Assembly (NCBI GenBank): GCA_038317875.1
Contig: JBBQBR010000001.1
Coordinates: 1-27,632 of the forward strand
Reading direction: 5' to 3'
Length of the DNA: 27,632 nucleotides
DNA from: Lysobacterales bacterium
GTDB lineage: Bacteria; Pseudomonadota; Gammaproteobacteria; Xanthomonadales; SZUA-5
Under the pieces are notes generated by a model that was not told where the DNA came from, did no database searches, and saw only the letters and a list, made by a program, of their open reading frames with translations. Position 1 is the first letter of the stretch, and each line of letters opens with the position of its first letter. Below are positions 7,298 through 16,304 of the stretch, in pieces. The position numbers and the translations under genes are program-made.

Positions 7298-8770
7298 TTA
7301 GAACCCCGCTGTCAAATCCTCTCCATAAGCCAAAAGCGCATCCAAAACATCCTGTTTGCCGATTGCCAAAGGGCTAGTGCGCGCGGCGGTGATTTCTTCT
7401 AGGTAGCGGCTTTTGGTCATCGGTGCGCCATCGGTTAGCCAGTTCCGGCGGTGGTTTTGCCATTGCGCGACCTGTTCGGCGTTCAGCGTTTCCGGGAACT
7501 GTCGCGCTTGATAGCGTGCGAGTAGTTCGGGCATGCGTGCATCGCGAAACTGCTTTGATAAGTCAGCATATGCGCTGGGCTCAGCGGCACGTATGCGCGG
7601 CAGTAAGTGGCTGTCGGCGTCGGCTAGAAAACCGGCATAGAGCGAGGTATCGACGCCCGCAAACTTTGTTTGGACGGCATTCTTTTGCGCATCGTTGAAG
7701 GCAAAGGCGGCGCGTAATTTATTTGCAACGTTAGGGTCAGCGCGCAATTGCTGGGCGCGTTGCAATTGCACGTCTAGCGGGCTTTGTGCGCCGTCATGCA
7801 GCGCCAGCCTGCTTAAATTTGCGCCGCGCAACACGCTCAATTTAGCCAGCATCGGTGCGCGATTCAGATGCAGCGTTTTCACCGCGATTCGGCTTTCGCC
7901 TTCAGGCAAGTCGGCTTGGCGCACAAATATTCGCTCGGCAATTTCATCGGCGTCAAGCTGGAGCAGTGCGTCCACCGGTGCGGATAAATCCAGCCCAATG
8001 ATTTCGTTTGCACGCCCTGGGTGCGCGCAAATCGGCAGCCACAGCGCCAAACAACCGCGCTCGGCGGAAAAACGCTGGGAAACGTGCACCAATGGCTCGC
8101 TGCTGGTGTAATCAATTAGCTCCGTCACGGCGGCTTTGCGACGCAGCGAAAAGGCGTAGTCCCAAAGCTTAGGCTGGGCCGTTTTGAGTTTGCGGGCTAG
8201 TGCAATCAGCACTTCCACGTCGCTCAAGGCATCGTGCGCACTGCGATGCGCAAGAGCATTGGCTTGTGCAAGTAGTTCAAGTTTGAAGCTCGGTTTACCC
8301 TCGACACTTGGCCAATGCAGGCCTTCTGGGCGCAAAGCGTAAGCCATGCGCATCACATCAATCAGATCAAAGCGGGCGTTTCCATGCTGAAATTCGCGTG
8401 CGTATGCTGGGAAAAAATTGCGCCAAAAAAGCTGGCGGCTCACCTCATCATCAAAACGCATTGAGTTATAGCCTAGCGTCGTGGTGTTGGCCGCCGCCAT
8501 TTCAAAATGCACGCGCGCGGCAAATTCGCGTTCGGCTAAGCCATGCGCTAAACAAAATTGTGGCGTGATGCCGGTGATTAAGCAGGCGATCGGATGCGGT
8601 AAATAATCGGGCGGTGGCTGGCAGTGAAAAGATATCGGCTCGCCAATGATTTCTAACGCGCTATTAGTGCGCATCGCGGCGAACTGCGCAGGGAAATCTT
8701 GCGCTGGATTGGCGCCAAAAGTCTCGTAGTCGTGCCAAAGCAAACTTAGCGCTGGCGCGGATGGGCTCAA
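7298..8770 (-). CDS. sbcB: Exodeoxyribonuclease I
   Basis: DEDDh motifs WHDYETFG, GYNSMRFDDE, AHDALSDV. TTG start 3 bp after the upstream stop codon. Confidence 0.95.
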   Translation of the reverse strand: MSPSAPALSLLWHDYETFGANPAQDFPAQFAAMRTNSALEIIGEPISFHCQPPPDYLPHPIACLITGITPQFCLAHGLAEREFAARVHFEMAAANTTTLGYNSMRFDDEVSRQLFWRNFFPAYAREFQHGNARFDLIDVMRMAYALRPEGLHWPSVEGKPSFKLELLAQANALAHRSAHDALSDVEVLIALARKLKTAQPKLWDYAFSLRRKAAVTELIDYTSSEPLVHVSQRFSAERGCLALWLPICAHPGRANEIIGLDLSAPVDALLQLDADEIAERIFVRQADLPEGESRIAVKTLHLNRAPMLAKLSVLRGANLSRLALHDGAQSPLDVQLQRAQQLRADPNVANKLRAAFAFNDAQKNAVQTKFAGVDTSLYAGFLADADSHLLPRIRAAEPSAYADLSKQFRDARMPELLARYQARQFPETLNAEQVAQWQNHRRNWLTDGAPMTKSRYLEEITAARTSPLAIGKQDVLDALLAYGEDLTAGF

Positions 8771-8773
8771 GCC

Positions 8774-11599
8774 TCAGCCGTTACCGAGTAGGCGATCATT
8801 CAAAAGCGATTGCGCTGGCAAGGCCATTGCGGTTAAGTCCATGTCATCACTGAAAGCATCAAGTTCCGCTAGGTCATCGGCACCGTTGTGCGTGGGGAAA
8901 GGGATGATTTGTGGTGACTCAATCGGCATCGCGCTGATCGGCTCGGGCATAGGTGGCGGCTCTATCGTTGGCGGCTCCAGGGTTGGCGGCTCCAGGGTTG
9001 CCGGCTTCAGGGTTGCCGCTTGCACTAATGCTGAATTGTCTATGCTCGCTTTTGGTGCGGCTATTTGCGCCACCGCTTGGCGCAAATTCTCGAGCGGCCG
9101 CCCGATGTAATAACCCTGCAGAAAATCAACGCCCGCAGCTTTCAATGCTGCGATTAGTTCGGGCCTGTCAACATACTCGGCCGTGGTTCGTTTACCAACA
9201 GAATGTGCGATTGAGTTAATGGCATGAATAACCGCGCGATCAACGGAATCATCTAAAATACCTTGCGTAAATGCACCGTCAATTTTTAGAAAATCTACAT
9301 CAAGCCGCTTTAAGTGCGAAAACGAGGAAAACCCGCTGCCAAAATCATCGAGAGCAAAGCGACAGCCGAGCGCGCGCAACTGCTGAATTAATTCTGCCGT
9401 AGCCTCAATATTATTCAGCGCCCGGGTTTCGGTGATTTCAAAAGTAATGTTAGAACCGTCAATATTAAACTCGATCAGCTTATCTTGAACGTATTTACCA
9501 ATGCCGTTAATACCCAAAGACTGCGCTGATAGATTAATCGATAGGCCAATGACTTGTTCAGCAGAACTTACCTCACGCAAAGATTTCAGGGCGTTATGTA
9601 CCACCCATTTGTCGATATCAAGCATCAAGTTGTAGCGTTCTGCGGTGGGCAAAAACGCATTTGGCGCTACCAATTCACCATCACTGGCGCGCAGGCGCAA
9701 CAGCACTTCAAAATATTGCGGACGCTTTGGCACCATTGCCAGATGCGCTGCCCAAAGCGCGCCTTCTTTCTCTGGCAGCGCGTCAACATCGACTGAGCGT
9801 GCGGGCAATATGGGTTGGTAGCACAGCACAAACAAATCACTTTTGAGCGCGTCATCAATACGGCTAGACCAATTTAATTCAACGTCCATATTGGCGCGTT
9901 CGGTGGTGTCGGTCGAGTAAACATAGACCTGATTTCTACCGCGATTTTTCGCAACGTGGCAAGCAATATCGGCGTTTTGCATGGCCTCCGAGGGGGAGGC
10001 GGTATTGCGATTGATGCAAGCCACCCCAATTGAGGCGGTAATTCGGTAAGATTTATCACCGTAAATAAAAATCTGACCAGACAGCGCGCGACGGAATTCT
10101 TCTGCCACCCGCTCAGCGTCGCCGACGGCAACATTGCGCAATATCATCGCGTACTCGTCGCCGCCCATACGCGCGATGGTGTCGGACACCCGTAAGCGTT
10201 GTTTCAACCGATGGCTGGCTTCAATTAACAGCTGATCGCCCGCGGCATGGCCTGCAGTATCATTAATGTATTTAAAGCGATCTACATCAACAAACAGCAG
10301 CAAGCTTTCTTGCTCACCTCGACGTAATCGCAGCACTTCTTGGTGTAACTGCGATTCGAAATGGGCGCGGTTGTGTAGCTTGGTCAAACTGTCGTGGCTT
10401 TCCTGCCATCGCAACTCGTCTTCTAACAATCGTCGCTGCGATACATCTCGAAACGCAACCACTGAGCCTTCGCGCTTGCCGTCAATATCCAGTGGATAAA
10501 CTGTACATTCCACTGGAATTGGAGTTTTAGACTCCGACCAAAACACCGTTTGCCAACCGCCGACTTCACGTGAATCCGAATAGCACTGTGAAAGGAAACA
10601 AGCCTGTGGCGGAATAGGCGTGCCGTCTTCAAAAGCCGGATGCAGTGCGGCCGCCGCACTTTTGCCTACAATATTCGCCTCGTGCGGAAAGCCCAGCAAA
10701 TCGAGTGCAGCAGGATTTATGAATTGGATGATGCCGTGACTATCAACACCGTAAACGCCATCGCCGACTGAACTCAAAATGCCGTGTAGTCGTCGTCGTT
10801 CATTGTCGATCGCTTTGCGATCCAAGACCATGCGCGCCAAGGACTTCATGCGTGCCAAAAATAATTCGCGCGCTTCCGATTTGAACATGCACTCGACCGC
10901 GCCCGCTGCAAGGGACTCGGTGATTACTCGATCTGAATAGGTGCCGGTAATAATCGCTGAGATGATGCCTCGGGTTTTGTCCAACTCCCGCAGCTTGCGC
11001 ACCATCGCCGCACCGTTGTCGCCAGGCATGAAGTAATCCACGATAGCGATATCGAACTCACCCGTGACCGCGCGTTCCAAACCCTCTTCCGCGCTGGATG
11101 CGACATCGACTTGATAGCCTTCAGAAAGCAATAGCCGCCGGAACGCCACGCGAACCGTCGGCGAATCATCAACAAAAAGAATTTTAAGGGAAGCGCGGCC
11201 GTCGCCTGGTGTTTTTGCGGGCTGCTGCGCGGTTGGGCTCAACAACTTGTTTATCGCTTCGGGCGTGTCAGAGTAATCCGTCCAAAGCAATAACGAAGTC
11301 AAAGGCCGTTTCATCAACCAAGCCACACCACCGGCGTCGGTGGAGTCAGCAAGCACTAAAACCGGCACGCTTTGCCATTCGCGCGTACGCAAAATTGCGA
11401 AAATTTCGTTCGCACGCTGATCTGCGTATTCTGGCCAGCTAACGACGACGATCGCGGGTGCTAACCCAGCGCTTGCGATCAGATTCAAACCGTCTGCGTA
11501 ACTCGTCGCGGGTGCTAATTCATGGCCTTTGGCCTGCAACATCGTCATCAGCGCGCGTCGGCGCGTTGCTGAGGGTTCGATGAGCAGAATTTTAGCCAT
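8774..11599 (-). CDS. REC-REC-PAS-GGDEF-EAL c-di-GMP signalling protein
   Basis: 941 aa. Degenerate first receiver; second receiver with VDDS/VDYFMP/FKS; PAS (GVYGVD..G.I.FINPAA); RVSD...GGDEY; EVLLRL and DDFGSGFSS; Pro-rich tail. Confidence 0.93.
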   Translation of the reverse strand: MAKILLIEPSATRRRALMTMLQAKGHELAPATSYADGLNLIASAGLAPAIVVVSWPEYADQRANEIFAILRTREWQSVPVLVLADSTDAGGVAWLMKRPLTSLLLWTDYSDTPEAINKLLSPTAQQPAKTPGDGRASLKILFVDDSPTVRVAFRRLLLSEGYQVDVASSAEEGLERAVTGEFDIAIVDYFMPGDNGAAMVRKLRELDKTRGIISAIITGTYSDRVITESLAAGAVECMFKSEARELFLARMKSLARMVLDRKAIDNERRRLHGILSSVGDGVYGVDSHGIIQFINPAALDLLGFPHEANIVGKSAAAALHPAFEDGTPIPPQACFLSQCYSDSREVGGWQTVFWSESKTPIPVECTVYPLDIDGKREGSVVAFRDVSQRRLLEDELRWQESHDSLTKLHNRAHFESQLHQEVLRLRRGEQESLLLFVDVDRFKYINDTAGHAAGDQLLIEASHRLKQRLRVSDTIARMGGDEYAMILRNVAVGDAERVAEEFRRALSGQIFIYGDKSYRITASIGVACINRNTASPSEAMQNADIACHVAKNRGRNQVYVYSTDTTERANMDVELNWSSRIDDALKSDLFVLCYQPILPARSVDVDALPEKEGALWAAHLAMVPKRPQYFEVLLRLRASDGELVAPNAFLPTAERYNLMLDIDKWVVHNALKSLREVSSAEQVIGLSINLSAQSLGINGIGKYVQDKLIEFNIDGSNITFEITETRALNNIEATAELIQQLRALGCRFALDDFGSGFSSFSHLKRLDVDFLKIDGAFTQGILDDSVDRAVIHAINSIAHSVGKRTTAEYVDRPELIAALKAAGVDFLQGYYIGRPLENLRQAVAQIAAPKASIDNSALVQAATLKPATLEPPTLEPPTIEPPPMPEPISAMPIESPQIIPFPTHNGADDLAELDAFSDDMDLTAMALPAQSLLNDRLLGNG
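8951..9025. repeat. In-frame 15-bp tandem repeat in the tail of the GGDEF-EAL gene
   Basis: About 4-5 units of consensus GGTTGGCGGCTCCAG, encoding TLKPA-TLEPP-TLEPP-TIEPP on the minus strand. Confidence 0.8.
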
Positions 11600-11717
11600 T
11601 TAACGGAATCATGCCTTTAAAGTAGTCATTCACTAAAAAAAGTCTTTCGCTGCGTAAGTCATTTAAATCAAACTTCAAGGAAGCTGAAACGATTTAACTA
11701 GGTTCAAATACGTTGCT

Positions 11718-11745
11718 GGTTCGTTTCGATTGAGCAAAACGAACC
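11718..11745 (-). terminator. Stem-loop downstream of the cytochrome pair
   Basis: GGTTCGTTT (11718-11726) / AAACGAACC (11737-11745), 12 bp past the stop codon. The U tail is weak. Confidence 0.4.
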
Positions 11746-11757
11746 ACGAAAAACTTG

Positions 11758-12147
11758 CTATTCGATGCCTTTCAAAGTGTGCAGTTTTGACGGCTGACTC
11801 GCGAGATAGTGTGCGAGTGCCTTAATTTCAGCATCCGTTAATTGCTGGGCAAATCCCGCCATAATGACGTTTTTCCGGGTGCCACTGCGGTATGCCTTGA
11901 GTGCATATTCGAGATAGCTTGCGTACTGCCCAGCCAAAATTGGATATTGTGGGTCAGTTTTACCTGTAGCCAAAACGACGCCATTGCCGTCTTTCCCATG
12001 GCAGGCAACGCAGGCTTTGGCTTCGATAAGTTTAGCGCCATCCGCTGGTGCGCCAGTGGCCTGCGTCTCATTGCTAAATGCTGCACTTGAAAATACTGTG
12101 GCAAATACAAACGAAAGTGCTCGTTTACGATTAACTAGACGCATCAC
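11758..12147 (-). CDS. Monoheme class I cytochrome c (c553/c4-like)
   Basis: Signal peptide, CVACH, P.LAGQ...YL..ALKAY.SG.RKN.IM with distal Met. Confidence 0.92.
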   Translation of the reverse strand: MMRLVNRKRALSFVFATVFSSAAFSNETQATGAPADGAKLIEAKACVACHGKDGNGVVLATGKTDPQYPILAGQYASYLEYALKAYRSGTRKNVIMAGFAQQLTDAEIKALAHYLASQPSKLHTLKGIE

Positions 12148-12515
12148 TTATGGGCCTCAGTAGCGGTGGACAGATAAGCTGCAATATTTTCAATATCGGC
12201 ATCGCTGAAACTTTTTGCTTGAGCGCGCATTGTGGGGTGCGCACGTTCATCAACCTTGTAGCCTTTTAGTGCCGCAACCAAATACTCGTAATTTTGCCCA
12301 GAGATCTTTGGCACATTGTACTGCGGGTAAGCATTTTTATACTGCTCGATCCCATGGCAGCCGGAGCAGGTGTACGTTAAATCTTTTCCGAGCACCGGAT
12401 CGCCCTGTGCAGATGCGTTGGTAGCAGCGCTTATCAGTGCGACTGCTAGCCCAAAACTTAGAGCTCCGAAATTCGCAGCCCAAGCCTTTATAGTTCTGTG
12501 CGAAAAACTCATCAC
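12144..12515 (-). CDS. Monoheme class I cytochrome c (c553/c4-like)
   Basis: Signal peptide, CSGCH, PKISGQNYEYL..ALKGY....R.HPTM. 4-nt overlap with the next cytochrome gene. Confidence 0.92.
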   Translation of the reverse strand: MMSFSHRTIKAWAANFGALSFGLAVALISAATNASAQGDPVLGKDLTYTCSGCHGIEQYKNAYPQYNVPKISGQNYEYLVAALKGYKVDERAHPTMRAQAKSFSDADIENIAAYLSTATEAHK

Positions 12516-12528
12516 AGCTTCCTTCTTA

Positions 12529-13503
12529 TTATGATTTTTGGATCATAGCGGCATCTGCGTCCAATTGGCAGGCGTTCAAACTGTCATTTTGCATGTTGTT
12601 CGCTTTGACAATCGAATCACCGGAAAATTTATCCGCACGCGGCCCGGTCAAACGATAGGCACGAAAAAACGGGTCGGGGGTTTGCACGTGGCCAGCGCCA
12701 ATGCATTGTGCCTGTCCAAGCGCTTTGCGAAGCATCAGTATCGCTTTCGCGGTGGCCGACTCCAAAGCTAGTCCGCGTGCCAAAAATGCGGTGATAAGTG
12801 CGGCGAGCGTGCAACCGGTGCCATGCCCACGAATATCGAGTCTTTCCGTAGTGAACCAGCGCGCCGTAGGGCCGGTAGGCGTTTGTATAAGCAGTAAATC
12901 GGAAATTTGATTGCTGCGCTCAGATTCGCCTAAACATTTCGTTCCGACGGGTGCGTGCCCGCCTTTAAGCAATACTGCTTGGCAACCAAACTCCAGCAGT
13001 CGATTGGCGGCAGATAGCATCTCGTCCCGGGTGTTAATTGCAGCGCAATTTAAAAGTGCTTGTGCTTCTGGCAAATTGGGCGTTAATAGAGTTGCTCGAG
13101 CAATCAAAGGGCGGTATGCGCTAACGGCATTTTGATCCAGCAGCTTTGCGCCGCTCGTGGCAATCATGACCGGGTCGACAACCAGCGGTGCTTGCAATGC
13201 CGCCAGGCTGTGCGTGACCGCGGCAATTGTGCTGGCATCAAAAAGCATACCGGTTTTAATCGCATCGATTGGAAAGTCGCTAATAAGCGCATTTAACTGT
13301 GCGGTTACGGCTTGCGCGCCGCTAGGATAAATTGCATTAACGCCGCGCGTGTTCTGCGCGGTAAGGGCCGTGATTGCGCTCAGCCCAAAAGCGCCTACGG
13401 CAGCGAAAGCTTTCAGGTCAGCCTGAATTCCTGCGCCACCGCCCGAGTCTGATCCTGCAATGGTCAAAGCAAAGCGATAGCGAGTGTTGTTTTTTTGCGA
13501 CAT
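12529..13503 (-). CDS. thiD: Hydroxymethylpyrimidine/phosphomethylpyrimidine kinase
   Basis: LTIAGSDSGGGAGIQADLK, KTGML, VVDPVM, LLTPNLPEA, LKGGH, HGTGCTL. Confidence 0.95.
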   Translation of the reverse strand: MSQKNNTRYRFALTIAGSDSGGGAGIQADLKAFAAVGAFGLSAITALTAQNTRGVNAIYPSGAQAVTAQLNALISDFPIDAIKTGMLFDASTIAAVTHSLAALQAPLVVDPVMIATSGAKLLDQNAVSAYRPLIARATLLTPNLPEAQALLNCAAINTRDEMLSAANRLLEFGCQAVLLKGGHAPVGTKCLGESERSNQISDLLLIQTPTGPTARWFTTERLDIRGHGTGCTLAALITAFLARGLALESATAKAILMLRKALGQAQCIGAGHVQTPDPFFRAYRLTGPRADKFSGDSIVKANNMQNDSLNACQLDADAAMIQKS

Positions 13504-13527
13504 GTGTTTTTTTATTGCGACAGGGCG

Positions 13528-13556
13528 TTGACAGGGGTGTTGTTTTTACGCACTAT
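13528..13556 (+). promoter_or_regulatory. Candidate sigma70 promoter for the porin-lipase cluster
   Basis: Perfect TTGACA (13528-13533), 17-bp spacer, weak -10 CACTAT. A GACAGGG direct repeat with 12-bp period overlaps the -35. Confidence 0.4.
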
Positions 13557-13594
13557 ATCAAACACTAGAGGGCTTCCTTTGGTTGACTAGGGCG

Positions 13595-14779
13595 ATGGTG
13601 ACAAAAAAATTCTTTGCAAATGCAACGCGGACGGCCCAAACGGTTCCGTTCGCGCTTTTTTTCTCCCTTGTTCCGCTAACTTTAGTAGCGGCAGACCGCT
13701 CTGTTTCCGATTTTAGCGCTAGCGCACCCAGTGTGTCTGCACCGAGCGCATCAGCTGCACTGAACGCACAATGGCAATATTTCATCGCGCAGGAATTTCA
13801 GCGTGCGGTTGGAATTGAGCCAACTAAGTATGCAGACGCCGATTCTTACTCAGGCAGCATCTCCAATAGCATTCGCAGTGCCCTTCAGCGCGAAATTAGT
13901 ACGGCATTAAAACTTTCAAGTTCGAGCGCATTAAAAATTGAGATTCGTGATGGAAATCCTGGTCTTTACGATATTCCCGGCCTCGGATTAGTGCGTCAGG
14001 TGGGTGGTTTTGCCGCTGGCAATCAGATATCTCCGACGTTGGTTAGCAAATTTGGCACCGGCGAGGTGCATATTGGTGGAGTTTTTACCTACGAAAGTTT
14101 TTCTTCCGCAGGTTTTGGATCCACGCAACGCAACTCGGGTTTAGGCTCGGAGAATTCAGCGGGTAGTGCGCTGGTTTTGGGTTGGAATGGTGCATTAACG
14201 AATCGAGTTGAAGGCTTTGCTTCTATGCAAACGGTAACTCGAATGGACGAATATCGCAGTTATCGCGGTTTATTTGCTCAGACGGGGCGCTTTGATCAGC
14301 CTGCACGTTTGCGCGCCGGTATTAATTATGCGGTGCTGCCTAGCAGTAAAATGGCTTTATCTGTCGAACGCGTGGACTACTCTGCTGTGCAACCGTTCGC
14401 ATCACGCCTCTTGCCGGATCGATTCGTTTCGTTACTTGGCGATAGCGCGAGTCCGACGTTTGCTTGGCAGGATTTGACAATTTACCGAATGGGGTACGAC
14501 CAACGTATTGGTGAGCACTCCTTGTTTTCATTAGCAGTTTCTTCAAGTTTGCAGCCTAGTCCTACGGACGCCAGGCTTCGACGCGCACTTGCGCCAGGCG
14601 CTACTGACTACACCGTTTCAATGGGTTTTGAGCGTTCCTTTTCAAATTCAGCGCGCCTTCGATTGGGTGCGAGCTATATGCCCTTCTCGTATTTTTTCGG
14701 GCCGTCGCTGTTGAGCGCTGCACGAGACTACTCTGGTGCGCGAATGGAAGCTGAAGCGCTTTTTGAATTCCTGTTCTAA
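13595..14779 (+). CDS. Outer-membrane beta-barrel, probably OmpP1/FadL/TodX family
   Basis: Signal-peptide-like N-terminus, amphipathic strands, FadL-like segments FDQPARLRAG, F.WQD...R.G, LQP......LAPG, terminal Phe (EFLF). ATG 13595 follows AGGG; the track uses TTG 13583. Confidence 0.6.
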   Translation: MVTKKFFANATRTAQTVPFALFFSLVPLTLVAADRSVSDFSASAPSVSAPSASAALNAQWQYFIAQEFQRAVGIEPTKYADADSYSGSISNSIRSALQREISTALKLSSSSALKIEIRDGNPGLYDIPGLGLVRQVGGFAAGNQISPTLVSKFGTGEVHIGGVFTYESFSSAGFGSTQRNSGLGSENSAGSALVLGWNGALTNRVEGFASMQTVTRMDEYRSYRGLFAQTGRFDQPARLRAGINYAVLPSSKMALSVERVDYSAVQPFASRLLPDRFVSLLGDSASPTFAWQDLTIYRMGYDQRIGEHSLFSLAVSSSLQPSPTDARLRRALAPGATDYTVSMGFERSFSNSARLRLGASYMPFSYFFGPSLLSAARDYSGARMEAEALFEFLF

Positions 14780-14822
14780 AGCAACGTTAGTCGCGACCTG
14801 CGGCGCGCTGATGCAAGCCTAA

Positions 14823-15797
14823 ATGTTGCTTTCAGCAGTACTTTTTTTTGCCCTCATGACAGAGGCGCTGCTCCTGTATCTGCTTGGGCTTCGGTGGGTC
14901 GCGTCTGGCGCGCCAATTTATCTGGTAGTTAGCCTGCTTCTCATAGCTGTTTGTGCGTGGCGTTCGTTTTTGGTGCTAGCAACTTTTGCACTCAGTGGTG
15001 GGTTTCGTTCACACATTAAAGACGCAGATCAAGAAGCATTATCTAGACGCACTCTGATTCAGGCTTTAAAAACAATGCTGGGCGAGATTGTCGTTGTGCT
15101 GTATTTGTATAGCTACGCGCAAGTATTTCTTCCGATGGTTTACAAAATACGAGACTGGGCGCGTTTTACGCTGGCCTCAAATCCATCCGCACCGCGCAGC
15201 GGTCCAGTTATCGTACTGGTGCATGGTTTCGTATGTAACTCAGGGCTTTGGGCCCCGATGTTGACGCATTTGCACGAATCCGGCTTTAACCGCGTTCACG
15301 CGGTCAATTTAGACCCGTTTTATCGCTCAATGTCGAAAAGCTTAGCTGAATTTGAAGCTCAATTAGGTAAGATTGTGCAGCGTGAATGTTCATTGGGTGA
15401 AGTAATCCTTATTGGACACAGTATGGGCGGTGTTTTGGCGCGCGTATTTCAAAATCGCCATCCTGAACGCGTGCTTGCGGCGATTAGCATCGGTGCTCCG
15501 CATGCCGGAACGGATTTAGCACGGCTCGTAAGTACGATAGATGCGGGTCCGGCGCGCCCGGATACGCGCTGGCTATTAGAGTTTAACGCAGCGATTGCAG
15601 CAGAGCGTGATATCGGCCTGCGGCCTGCGCTCAATATTTGGAGTGACTGCGATAACATTGTGTATCCACAAGGAAACGCTGCGCTCATTTCCGGCGTTGA
15701 TTGTCGGCTGAATGGGTTGGGACATCTGCATCTTGTATTTTCCAAGCTCGCCCTGAAACCTATTACCGAGTTTCTGCGAAATTTGGTCAATAAATAA
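14823..15797 (+). CDS. Membrane-anchored alpha/beta hydrolase (lipase/esterase)
   Basis: N-terminal TM helices, oxyanion HGF, nucleophile GHSMGG, candidate Asp (WSDCDNIV) and His (GLGHL). Confidence 0.88.
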   Translation: MLLSAVLFFALMTEALLLYLLGLRWVASGAPIYLVVSLLLIAVCAWRSFLVLATFALSGGFRSHIKDADQEALSRRTLIQALKTMLGEIVVVLYLYSYAQVFLPMVYKIRDWARFTLASNPSAPRSGPVIVLVHGFVCNSGLWAPMLTHLHESGFNRVHAVNLDPFYRSMSKSLAEFEAQLGKIVQRECSLGEVILIGHSMGGVLARVFQNRHPERVLAAISIGAPHAGTDLARLVSTIDAGPARPDTRWLLEFNAAIAAERDIGLRPALNIWSDCDNIVYPQGNAALISGVDCRLNGLGHLHLVFSKLALKPITEFLRNLVNK

Positions 15798-15802
15798 AAA
15801 AT

Positions 15803-16297
15803 ATGAGTATCAAAAACAATAGTGCTGCGCCAGATTTTTCGCTTCCTGCCGATGATGGCAGTGCCTTTAGCCTTAGCGCATTTTTGGCTAGTGCCAAATT
15901 AGCTGGGAATTCAAGCGCGCGTGTGCTGTTGGTATTTTATCCAGCCGACGATTCGCCCGTATGCACTGCGCAATTGTGCGAATACCGTGACGAGATTGAC
16001 GAATTTAAGGGCCTAAACGCCACCATCATTGGAATCAGTGCCCAAAACAGTGAAAGCCATATAAAATTTAAGAAAAAGCGGCAGTTACCTTTTATGTTGC
16101 TTTCGGATGTCGGCCTCCACGTCGCAAAACTTTATGGCGCAAAAGGCCTGCTTGGGATGAAGCGTGCAACGTTTTTGGTGGATGCAAACGGTATTTTGCG
16201 CTATCAACACGTTGAGGCAACCGCGCTTTTCCGAAGAACTGCAGAGGAGCTCGTTGGGGTGTTGAAACGACTGGATTTAGCGCAGAGCGAGGAGTGA
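15803..16297 (+). CDS. Peroxiredoxin, BCP/PrxQ-like
   Basis: FYPADDSPVCTAQLC (PxxxSxxC with CxxxxC), F.LLSD, KRATFLVD. Confidence 0.9.
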   Translation: MSIKNNSAAPDFSLPADDGSAFSLSAFLASAKLAGNSSARVLLVFYPADDSPVCTAQLCEYRDEIDEFKGLNATIIGISAQNSESHIKFKKKRQLPFMLLSDVGLHVAKLYGAKGLLGMKRATFLVDANGILRYQHVEATALFRRTAEELVGVLKRLDLAQSEE

Positions 16298-16304
16298 GGT
16301 TAGT

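Noticed and set aside
8951-9025. Tandem repeats here and at 21838-21882 as possible CRISPR arrays
   Set aside because: 15-bp units with no spacers, in frame within proteins, and no cas genes.
13504-13594. TPP riboswitch upstream of thiD
   Set aside because: Only about 90 bp of divergent intergenic DNA, with no recognisable TPP aptamer core (CUGAGA).
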